Assembly: GCA_032718475.1 (NCBI GenBank) | Contig: JAUCBJ010004940.1 | Span: 1 to 41,400, forward strand | DNA from: Nemertoderma westbladi | Taxonomy: Eukaryota; Animalia; Xenacoelomorpha | Length of the DNA stretch: 41,400 bases | Direction: 5' to 3' | Shown: piece by piece, positions 11,261 to 20,720 of the stretch | Numbering within the stretch: the first letter of the stretch is position 1 | How the letters are laid out: every line of letters starts with the position of its first letter | Made by a program: the position numbers and the translations under genes | The notes under the pieces: generated by a model | The model's input: the letters and a program-made list of their open reading frames with translations, nothing else | Database searches by the model: none | What the model was told of the DNA's origin: nothing

Positions 11261-14220
11261 TCATCTTCTTTATTTAGGAAGTCGGGTCCACCTAACCAGT
11301 CTGGAGTATCTGTCAGTTCTTGAGGAGTTGCTCCTCTGGAGGCGATGTCGGCTAGATTAATCGTCTCGGGGCAATGTCTCCATTGATCCACATTGGAGTT
11401 GATGTCGTCATTATCTGAGGAGTATGGTCTTCCCTCAGTTGGATCGTCTAACTCACTGCTCTCATCTTCCCATTCTCTTACTTGATATACCTGATCTTTC
11501 GGTAATCTTTCCATGAGAGTTCTACGGGAAGGGCCAGTAAAGTACCAACCCACTCTAGTTCTTCCCGCATAAGCTTGTAGTGGTTGCGGTTGAGCAGGCC
11601 GTTTCTCCAATGTCTCGAGCGCTTCATGCGCATTTTGACCGATGAGTATTTGGACTCCAGGGTAATCGGTGTTGAATCTAGGTATTTCAAGCTGCTGGGT
11701 GAAATCGTCCTCATCCCAGTTATAAGGTTCCACTTGGCTGGTAGCGAAGTTCTTTATCGCTACCATTTTTACTGACCTTATGCTGTGTTCTCCTAGTTCA
11801 TCCTGGGGGGTGGACAACGCGCCTACATAATAATCCGCTATTACGGTAGATTTCCAAACCTGCATAATTCCTGACATGTTTAGCTTAGTTCGGAACTTGG
11901 GTTGTCCAGCAAAGATGTCTTCGGCTAGTTCTTTGTCGATGAATGTTCCTGTGCTACCGGAGTCAAGGAGGGCGTTCACTATATAACTCCTTTTAGGTCC
12001 ATGGACCCTTAACTGTACTACAGGAAATTCTCGGATTCCTACATTGGAAGTTGGCGCTTTCCAAGATGGTTGTCTGTCAGAAGTAGTTAGGGGGAGCTCG
12101 CTGTCGGTGTCCTTTTCATACGTAAGTGCTCGATACACTGCGGTATTTGTCAGGTAACAGGATTCGTTTTCGTCGGAGAATTCGTCCGTATAGAATCCTT
12201 CCATCTCAGAATATTGGTCAGTGTCGTTCACATCACTGAATTGGACATGTAGTTCGGATTCACTTACCTGACTCGGGCTGTTTCGTTCGAATTCCATGTG
12301 CAACAAGATATGATGTTTTGCGCAGCACTTTGCACACCTTGCGTCGGAGTAACAGGTTCGCCGTTGGTGTCCTCGTCTGAGGCAATTATAACACAACCGC
12401 TTATCCCACATGACTTCACGTCTATCCTTTAATGATTTCTTTAGGAATTTATCACACATATTCAAACGGTGGGGCCCGTCGCACAGCACACATTTTGGTT
12501 TGATGTTACTTACCTTACTTTGAGTAACGTTGTGCACACTCGTTCTTTCTTCGGGCTTTCTTACTTGAATTCTCTTAGGAGACGTAGGAGGAGTTTTTCT
12601 TACCTGTTCTCTCCTGTCATTGGTTCGAGACTTGAATTTACTTACGTCCTTAGTCGCTTTGTTGTCATAGTAAGATCTTTCAGTGTCTTCCCCGCTGTCT
12701 TCCTCTTGAGAAGCCTGGCTTTCGCCATCGTCTGTATAACACACTGGTATTACCCTTCTCCTAGAAACGGGTTTCTCACTTACCTTGTTTTCCGGTGTCT
12801 TCTCTCTGGACTGCCTTAGGAGCTGTAATTTCACTTCTCCATCTAAGAATGACATGAGATCAGCCATGGTAGGGTCTAGTCGTTGTTGTTCCATCATATA
12901 TAACACTTTCTTGTCCCAGCGTGTACCTACTCCACCCTTGGGCAAAGTAGATGCTAAGGCTCCTACAACCATAGAATTCTGGTATTCATGAGACTTACCT
13001 AGCCAATCTAATTGTCTACAGATTTCCTGAATCTCATCGGAAAACTCTATAATCCCGCTGCTAAGAAACTTTCTGGGCGCCATTAATTTTGCATACAAAT
13101 ACCTAGCTATGTTATTCCTATTACCATACCTGATGTTTAGGGTATCCCAAACTTGTCTTAATCCATCTGGATGTCCAATAAACTTTAACGCCATTAACTT
13201 GGGAGACCCTTCCAAGCACTCGATGAGGAATCTAAGTTTCTCTCCGTTAGATAGCACAGAGTTCTGTATGTTATCTTTGTAATATTCATTAAAAGGTAAC
13301 CATTTCATCTCATCTCCATTGAACTTGACGATCTCTCCCACCTTTACCGCTTGACGTGCTTCGGTTCTAGCCATTTGACGCGTAAAACTTTCTTGGGCCA
13401 TCGTGTTATTCAATATCGAGTTATCAGTATATAAATTTCTCGGATTATGATCAGGTCTATAGGGAATATCATTATCAACAGGTCTATAATTACCCTTAAT
13501 AGGGTTCACTATAGGAGTTTCTACTTCGCTAGCAGTATATATACGTGTAGGCTCCACACCTTGCGCATGAAACACTTCAGACCTAACAGGTTGACACATT
13601 GTTACAGGGGGTGGTGGTATACCCTTTTGTGTATTTACTAATTTATCGCGTTCTAGCGCGATACTTTGCTGCACTTCTTGCAACTCTAACCTACTTACTG
13701 TGCCCTTGAATTGCTGAACAGTCTCCTGCATCTGCCCGAGCAGGAGATCCATCCCCCGTCGTCCCTCATCCACCCACTCGACCGCCGAAGCGGGAGCCGC
13801 CAACGTTGTAGCGGGCCGACGAGGGACAACGGGCGACAAATCATTAATATTTCGCTCGGAGTCCAGGACATGAACATTTTCAAGGGTGGTTCTGTGTGGC
13901 ACAGATAGCTTAGTGCTGTGCAGAGGGAATTTAGAGGTAGGTTCAGGGAGTACAGGTGTCTCTATCACCGAAGGGGTGGCTTCGGGAACAGGCCTAATTA
14001 TTTCAGGCTCATCTACTATAGTAGGGAGTCTTTCTATTTCAATTATTTGGTCTGTGGGTTCTGTACTACCTAAGTTTGTGTTATTTAGTTGTTTTCTAAC
14101 AGCTGGGGGCAAATCAGGCAGTTTCTGGCGGTGGGATATTCTTCTACGTCTGCTTAGACGAGATCTATTTCCTCCGCCTTCATGATCGGTGGTATCGCCT
14201 TCCTCAGATGATGTATAACC
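11254..14220 (-). CDS. gag-pro: BEL/Pao Gag (DUF1759-like, three Cys/His knuckles), aspartic protease and RNase H C-terminal remnant
   Basis: KFNGDEMKWLPF..Y, EKLRFL and RYGN. Knuckles CVLCDGPHRLNMC, CYNCLRRGHQRRTC and CAKCCAKHHILLH. Protease ALLDSGSTGTF...ILIG. Ends with QWRHCPETINLADIASRG...WLGGPDFL and has no YVDD. The frame is open from 14220. Confidence 0.9.
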   Translation of the reverse strand, partial: GYTSSEEGDTTDHEGGGNRSRLSRRRRISHRQKLPDLPPAVRKQLNNTNLGSTEPTDQIIEIERLPTIVDEPEIIRPVPEATPSVIETPVLPEPTSKFPLHSTKLSVPHRTTLENVHVLDSERNINDLSPVVPRRPATTLAAPASAVEWVDEGRRGMDLLLGQMQETVQQFKGTVSRLELQEVQQSIALERDKLVNTQKGIPPPPVTMCQPVRSEVFHAQGVEPTRIYTASEVETPIVNPIKGNYRPVDNDIPYRPDHNPRNLYTDNSILNNTMAQESFTRQMARTEARQAVKVGEIVKFNGDEMKWLPFNEYYKDNIQNSVLSNGEKLRFLIECLEGSPKLMALKFIGHPDGLRQVWDTLNIRYGNRNNIARYLYAKLMAPRKFLSSGIIEFSDEIQEICRQLDWLGKSHEYQNSMVVGALASTLPKGGVGTRWDKKVLYMMEQQRLDPTMADLMSFLDGEVKLQLLRQSREKTPENKVSEKPVSRRRVIPVCYTDDGESQASQEEDSGEDTERSYYDNKATKDVSKFKSRTNDRREQVRKTPPTSPKRIQVRKPEERTSVHNVTQSKVSNIKPKCVLCDGPHRLNMCDKFLKKSLKDRREVMWDKRLCYNCLRRGHQRRTCYSDARCAKCCAKHHILLHMEFERNSPSQVSESELHVQFSDVNDTDQYSEMEGFYTDEFSDENESCYLTNTAVYRALTYEKDTDSELPLTTSDRQPSWKAPTSNVGIREFPVVQLRVHGPKRSYIVNALLDSGSTGTFIDKELAEDIFAGQPKFRTKLNMSGIMQVWKSTVIADYYVGALSTPQDELGEHSIRSVKMVAIKNFATSQVEPYNWDEDDFTQQLEIPRFNTDYPGVQILIGQNAHEALETLEKRPAQPQPLQAYAGRTRVGWYFTGPSRRTLMERLPKDQVYQVREWEDESSELDDPTEGRPYSSDNDDINSNVDQWRHCPETINLADIASRGATPQELTDTPDWLGGPDFLNKEDED

Positions 14221-15729
14221 TTATCTTTTGGGAGTAGATCGACTCATCATCTGCATATTACTAGCTGTTAACTGTTTATTAAAATTATCTTGCCTCTGTT
14301 GAAGATTTTCCAACTCTAGTTGGGCGATCTCTTCAGCCGCTCTCCGTTCTGCTTCTGCCACCGCTATCTTTCTTTCCGCTTCTGCCGCTGCTGCCGCTTT
14401 TGCCTCTGCCGCTGTCGCCTTTGCCTCTGCCGCTTTTGCCTCTGCCGCTGCCGCCTTTGCCTCTGCCGCTGCTTCTGCCGCCTTTCTTTCTGCTTCTGCT
14501 TCTGCTGCTGCCGCTGCTGCTATCTTTCTGTCTTCTATACGTTTTTTCTTTACTTGTTCTTCTTGGACTCTAGCGATGCGGAGTTGTTCATCAAATTTAG
14601 CTTGGTTTGCAGCTCTCATATCCACATCGATGGCGTCCAACACACGCTGGGTTCCTTCACTATTAGGGCTAAGTCCATCCAGCCTTCTCCTCAACTCTTC
14701 ATCACCTAAAAAACGTTGATAGTCTGACAGATAGATGTCAATGGCATCCCTCTTATGCGGTTTCTCTGCCGTCGCTTCACTTTCCACTTGGGAAAAAGTA
14801 GCGTCTGTTGATTCTCCATGGGTTGAGCGCTCATCCAGTTGAACTTTCCACTGAGCCGTTCCTTGAACCTGGAGACTCACCCGTTGAAACCAAGTCTTTA
14901 CGACAACTTGCAACGACGTGTCCTGCCTTCTTTTAGAAGCCTCCTCAAAGGCTGATAAGATTAGCCTGATTCGTAGAATTCTTTCTCTAACTTGATAAAG
15001 CAGTTGTCCCTGCTCTTGAGGTCCTTGGGGTTGTTGAAACAGTTGTTTTTCTACTCGCTCCATAGAGCTGAAGAATCCCTGTGCGTATCCGGCTGCGGAC
15101 CTCTTCCACACAGCTGGATCGGTGGTCTCCTTGGCTACTCCCATCCGGTGTATGTCTTCCCAGGCAGCTTCTGATAAATCAAATGGGAGTCCGGGTCCGG
15201 GGAAGTTCCATTGCGACTCGACAATAGACTTCAGTTCTTCCCTTGTGTATCCCGCATAACTATCTTTAGTCGATCGCTTATTTCTCACCCAATCGATCTG
15301 GTGTTCTTCCACCGCAGTCAATAACCTAGTGAGTACGGCTGCAGGAAGAATGAGAAGGGGATCCGAATAAACTGCATCCGTCATCTTTGCTCCGCGCTCG
15401 GGTGTCAGCTCTGCAGTATCCTCACTACTGGAGCTGTCGGGCCGTTGAGAAATAAGTTCTTGGCTCGCGGGTTGTTGCTGTTCCGCTGCTTCTTGGTCCC
15501 GCTTGACCTGAGCTCGAGTGCCTATGATAGACCTACGGTGCTTCACTAACTTCGCAAATTGCGAAATTGCTTCTACTAACCTAGGTTCTGATACTACTAC
15601 TGGAGAGATGATCTTTCTTACAGTAGGAGGTGAGCTGAATTTCGATCTCAAACGTTCCACACTCCTATCTGGGTCACAGATGGTTGTATCTAGGAGACTG
15701 TCTGACAGGTTTTGCTTTGTGTCAGACAT
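14221..15729 (-). CDS. N-terminal part of the BEL polyprotein (502 aa, helical/coiled-coil, Ala-Glu-Lys repeats)
   Basis: Long ORF with ATG, conserved in the second copy from 40135. In frame with gag-pro and separated from it by one TAA. AAAEAKA-type 21-bp repeats at about 14380-14520. Confidence 0.85.
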   Translation of the reverse strand: MSDTKQNLSDSLLDTTICDPDRSVERLRSKFSSPPTVRKIISPVVVSEPRLVEAISQFAKLVKHRRSIIGTRAQVKRDQEAAEQQQPASQELISQRPDSSSSEDTAELTPERGAKMTDAVYSDPLLILPAAVLTRLLTAVEEHQIDWVRNKRSTKDSYAGYTREELKSIVESQWNFPGPGLPFDLSEAAWEDIHRMGVAKETTDPAVWKRSAAGYAQGFFSSMERVEKQLFQQPQGPQEQGQLLYQVRERILRIRLILSAFEEASKRRQDTSLQVVVKTWFQRVSLQVQGTAQWKVQLDERSTHGESTDATFSQVESEATAEKPHKRDAIDIYLSDYQRFLGDEELRRRLDGLSPNSEGTQRVLDAIDVDMRAANQAKFDEQLRIARVQEEQVKKKRIEDRKIAAAAAAEAEAERKAAEAAAEAKAAAAEAKAAEAKATAAEAKAAAAAEAERKIAVAEAERRAAEEIAQLELENLQQRQDNFNKQLTASNMQMMSRSTPKR

Positions 15730-15864
15730 GTTTGTTTGTACAGTTGAATGCCTACTGCTATGTTACAGTTAAAGCAAGTCTAGTAATTCAGTATCTACTG
15801 TTAGCCTAGTAATTAATTACCGATACTGCTACTCAGTGTAGCGTGATATATATATAATATATTA

Positions 15865-16115
15865 GAATACCGGTATGCTTATAGTATATATAAGTATTAT
15901 TACAGACTAGGTTTGTCACAGAATACCGGTAGGTAATTTCAGCACAAATATATATAAATATATAATAGGCCTATCGTGAATACCGGTATGCAGCTTACAC
16001 TTATAGTATATATAAGTATAATTATGAACTAGAATTAATTACAGAATACCGGTATGATTTCAGCCTAAATTTATAGAAATAAATATAATAAGCCTATGGT
16101 AAATACCGGTATGTC
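15865..16115. repeat. Degenerate tandem array (period about 56-66 bp) built on AATACCGGTA in the BEL leader
   Basis: AATACCGGTA at about 15866, 15922, 15980, 16045 and 16102. Mirrored at 39755-40005. Confidence 0.7.
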
Positions 16116-17065
16116 AATTATTTTAGAATAATTGAATTTCTGAAATTTTAGGGGTTACTTGGTTACTTTGCTTACTTTATTACCGTTGTTTAAGCAGTGG
16201 TCCAACTGATTAAGACCTAATTGTTGTATGGCAGGCCTACTATTTATAAATCGTTTGAGTTGATTTATAATATATATATACCCGTTTAATGGGTTTTGTC
16301 AATATTTGAAATAAATGTTATTATTTCTGGGGGGAGTCACTACACAGAAGCTGTGCGCTCTCAGTGGAGTGCTACTTGTTGGACACTAAAACAAATAATT
16401 CTAATTTACCTAAGTTACTTAATACTACAAATTACGTACAATCCGGGTTGAGATTACAATCTCTAAATAAACACAAAATTTACAAGTACAAATTTTTAGG
16501 GTAATTTTACAAGAAGTCTACTAACCAGCCTAACAAAGGGTTAGAATATCTGGTTATTACAACGGACAGGGTACTACGGTATTTGAAAATAACAAGCAGT
16601 AGTAAATATATTGCGTTGTCCAGATAGAAAAAATACCACCGTCTGACGACTTATAGCCGTATCGCTATAAGTACTACGTTATGTATCACGGAGTGTTCCT
16701 ACCTAGAAGTTAATTACCGCGGTCTACCAGAACCAACGTGCCTATTAACCACTTTACAACACAAATATACTGCCTACACACTAATCACCTTCGGAAAGCA
16801 CTGTACACTAAACCCTAAATTAGGTACAAGTATTTATACAACAAATAATCAGTAGTTAAAAATACTTGAACAGCTAAAAGAATCACGGTATCTGCCGGAG
16901 TGACCAAAGCATAAAATCTCCAGTCTTTACCTACGCCAAGCAGCCCTGATGTAGTACCGGGGTTAGTTTAACTATAACGGTATATATAACAAGCACAATT
17001 ACTGTAGGAATAAACTTGGGGATATGAATGTTGCGAATAATCGCATAAACTCTGAATAATAAATA

Positions 17066-17635
17066 TTACGCTACGCGTACAGACTACTCAAACAAAATGC
17101 AGACCAAATACTGACAGACTACTATCAAGCCCAAACAAACTACGGTATATGCAGACTCCGAAATGGTTAGTTAGTATGCGTTCTAACCCAGTAGTACGAC
17201 TTATTCTTTCGATGGGGATTTACCTTACAGCTCTGGCTGCCCCTACTTTCCTAACCGGCACCTTATCGGACATACACTCTACACACACCGAAATCTCTCA
17301 AGACCTAACAACAGCCAGACAAAATCCAGCCTACAAATTATCTAAATAAGAAATATTAAGGCTACCCGTACAAACTACACAAACAAAGTACAGACCAAAC
17401 GCTGACAGACTACTATCAAGCCTAAGTACACTACAGTATATGCAGACTCCGAAATGGTTAGTTAGTATGCGTTCTAACCGAGTAGTACGACTTATTCTTT
17501 CGAGGGGGTTCACCTCACAGCACTGGCAGCCCCTACTTTCCTAACTAGTACTTTTTCGGACATATGCTCTACACACACTACAGTCTCTTCAGACTTAACA
17601 ACAGTCAGACAACAGTCCAGCCTACAAATTGTCTG
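17066..17635. repeat. Two-unit tandem repeat (period about 291 bp) in the BEL 5' leader
   Basis: GCAGACTCCGAAATGGTTAGTTAGTATGCGTTCTAACC at 17151 and 17442. Also present at about 38230-38800. Confidence 0.9.
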
Positions 17636-17982
17636 TACAATCTGAGCAGGCTTACACGCCTTCTGCTCAATATTAGCCTACAAATAAATAAAACTGACAG
17701 AAATAGGCCTAAGTAAAATCCCAATAAAAACCAGGCGTCCCCGATTAATTATTAAGACCTACTGGTATATAATAATCAAAATCGAATAATACTGCTGTAC
17801 CTGTACTGCTGTAGGTACCAGTCCGGGTGGTTAGGTAGTCAGGCCTACTGGGTACCGGTTGGCCGGTACTTCAGCTTTATTGCCTACTGCAATACAGAAG
17901 CTATATCCGTAATTGTTCTTACCAGAACAATATTAAACTGTATTTATTGCCTACCCTGCAATCTGAACTTTATATCCGTTAT

Positions 17983-19180
17983 TGTTCGCGCTTTAAGACC
18001 TTTAGCAGTTTAACCTGCCAAATTGGGATGTCTTTTAGATGATAGATAGTCTTTAGCCTATGACAAGTATTTGATACACTACATTAGCCGAAACCAGTCT
18101 ATGCGCGATCATTCACCCGCTGGATATGCCCGGGAGACTGGATTCGGGAGCCTAACCGTATTGCGGGGTAGGCCTACTGCTGTATTATTCGACTGATCGT
18201 AATATATATAATCTCTGACAAATATTATTCACTTTCGGGAAATATTAACAGTTCCTTTAGGACGTGGCGCTCTAAATATATAAACAGAGTTATGACTTAA
18301 ACTAGACACAACGGGATGGCTATAGATTCACGTATATGGCGCATTCTTTAGGAGATGCTTCGTTATCAATCACGATCATACACAATACTGCACAATGCTG
18401 CACACTAATCTGCCGACCTTCACTAATTTTAGTCACATATAAGGAGAACAACAGACAATACGTGTAGGGCCTATAAAATAGCATTAGATTCACTTCAAAC
18501 CACTTAATGTAAGTCGCAATCGTTATATGTATCCGGTCTCTCTAACCTTTAGTATATCAAGAAGATTGGGGTGTCTGATTGTTTATCAGTATTCCAAATA
18601 TAATATTCCATCAACAAATATAATGAATAACCGACAGTAAATAGCAGTACAAAGTTTAAGGTATGAATGGTTATGAATGCAGAATTGGTATGAGATATGT
18701 TAAGTGAGTGAGGTATGGTTAGTGAGTTAAGTGAGATAACGGATATACGTTCTATAATTAAGCCTACTAATGTTGAGCTAAAGACTGAAACACGGAGGTT
18801 CCACGCCGGTGTTGTAGGCTGTGGACAAAATCACATACTGACTCAACTCCACGAGTTTCTATATACAATCTCTAACACAGAGGCAAAAAACGCTCTGATT
18901 GGTCGACCGAACAAAGAAGGCACAGAGAACAAAGAAAAGCTACACGTGTACAGCATCAGCTGTTAGCCGTCGTCATGGTAGCTACACTGTTTACAGAGGA
19001 TTTGGCGCATTGCGTCATAAAATTGCTAATCATGTCCGTTAAAGTACACATACAGAAGAAATGGCTTTTATGTCCTCTAAAACAACAGTACAGTAAGGAC
19101 ACGGCCTTTTATGCCTGCTAAACCAACTACAGAGTACTTTACGGGGAAAATAACCGGCTAATTACGCAAAAGCCTTTACA
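17983..19180 (-). repeat. 5' LTR (1198 bp)
   Basis: TGTAAAGG...GCGCGAACA on the minus strand. Boundaries are confirmed by the solo LTR with its own TSD. Confidence 0.95.
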
Positions 19181-19499
19181 TTTAGTGTTAAGTTAAGTTT
19201 GAATGCTGGTGGTTTTGTGATGTTATTGGGAATAGAGGAGTAATTTGCTTGTCCATATTAGCAAACAATGTCAATAAAGTGGGACAGAAACACAGTTTGT
19301 GACTTCGAGCAGCACGTGAAGAACTAATCTAACTATGGTTATCTAGTTAGAGTAGCACGTGAACAACTAAGGTAGTTGGTTATGTAGTTTGGGATTTCGA
19401 GTAGCCCGTCATATTGACCCCCCCCCCCCCCCCCCCCCCCCCCTCTAAAATCAACAAATTTTAATGAAAACGTCTGATTTTTTGTTAGTACGCAGATTT

Positions 19500-19745
19500 C
19501 ACTAGTCTGAATCCAATCGAAAAAAAATTTAAAAAAGAAGTAATGGAGTGTTTATTTTGAAGCACCAAAATTACAAGTAGAGAGGAAATTTTCAAATTTT
19601 CATAAAATTTGATGGAAACAATTTTCGGCTAATTGTTTTTCAATACACGTTTTTTGGTGCGTAAAATCATTTAAACTATTTAAAAATAATCTGATTAGTA
19701 TAAATAGCTGTTTTAGTCCTCTACGTAGGCAAAAAATGAAAAAAA
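19500..19745. repeat. Interspersed repeat, probably a non-autonomous DNA element; related segments at 20901-21075 and 22372-22520
   Basis: Shared CCAAAATTACAAGTAG ... ACAATTTTCGGCTAATTGTTTTTCAATA blocks in three places. Confidence 0.7.
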
Positions 19746-19747
19746 AA

Positions 19748-20720
19748 ACGGATGATGCGGTTAGAGATTTGGTCTATTTTGCCCAATGCTGCATGTGCAG
19801 TTGGATTCATCAATAGACCAATTCCACCATTGCCACTATCATCTGCTGAAGCGAGGGCGAGTCGCCAACCGCCCCCCATGTCCTTAATCAGAACCTCATC
19901 AGTCTCTCCAGTCTGCATTCGGTGCTCTTGAACACCCACTGCACTAAGAGAAAGCTTATCTGCCAAGGTTCACCAATTTGTTGGTCGGGGTGGACATGAG
20001 AGTAGCCTCCAACTCCAGAATCCCTCTCCCCCTCACAATCTGGCCTCCCTGGTGACCCAGGGTTTGGGCCAGAAAGGTCATCAGGAAAGGGACTCAAATA
20101 ATTGTTTGCCGCTCTCTCTCCAGTAGGGGGTGAGACAGGCAGCAGGTCAGGAGATAACTGACGCCTGTGAGGCCGATTGTGTCCAGTCATTCCACTGGCC
20201 TCTAGTGGCTGGACCTCCGCATTACTAATGTAATCCATAGTGTGGGTTGGGGGCTGCTTTTTTGCCGAGTCAGCTCTCGGGGCAAATACCACACCCTGGT
20301 TTGCCATTCCACAGGGTGGGTGTCGCAGTGGAGTCAGATATGAGGCCCATCACCCATATCTACTCTGGCGCACATGACCCACCATTGGCTGTGCAGCTCA
20401 TCTGCTGGGTCATGCCCTGTACCCCTGCTGCCAGGTGCAGGTCGCAGTGAAGTGCACTCAGAGTGGACATGAGAACACTCTACTCCTGACCAGCCAGTGG
20501 TAGATCACCATCTGCCTCGCCAGGCCATATACCCCTGCAGCCAAGTATATGGGTCCTTAATCCAGGACCAAGGGCGTCCTTATCCCAGAACGAAGGGAGT
20601 CCTAGTTACAGGACCAGATTTGCCCTAGTAAGAGGGTCTATGCAGCTACAGGTGGCACCTCCTTTATGCTGCATGGAGGTGGCAAGTTTTCTTGATCAAT
20701 GACCTAGAATACCTGACCTG
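19748..20720 (-). mobile_element. RTE-like LINE 5' fragment (GC-rich 5' UTR and start of the AP endonuclease), 3'-truncated
   Basis: ORF 19721-19966 reads AVGVQEHR ... SA..SGNGGIGLLM ... ISNRII, an APE N-terminus of the RTE/RTEX type. The segment is an abrupt GC-rich island. Confidence 0.75.

Larger units (their letters stand above)
6886..19180 (-). mobile_element. BEL/Pao LTR retrotransposon, complete with TSD but internally deleted (no RT, no integrase core)
   Basis: TG...CA termini, 5-bp TSD TTTAG at 6881-6885 and 19181-19185, two near-identical LTRs, and BEL-type Gag and protease ORF on the minus strand. Confidence 0.95.

Noticed and set aside
14320-14709. Cys-rich, metallothionein- or keratin-like ORF on the + strand
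   Set aside because: Antisense shadow of the GCA/GAG/GCG Ala-Glu-Lys repeats of BEL ORF1.
16890-16910. TGGTCACTCCGGCAG on the minus strand as the BEL primer-binding site
   Set aside because: It lies about 1.1 kb from the LTR, and I cannot match it to a tRNA 3' end.
19418-19443. C26 run as the terminus of a second G/C-tailed MITE
   Set aside because: No adjacent TTAA, no TACACCATTTT motif and no partner G-run.
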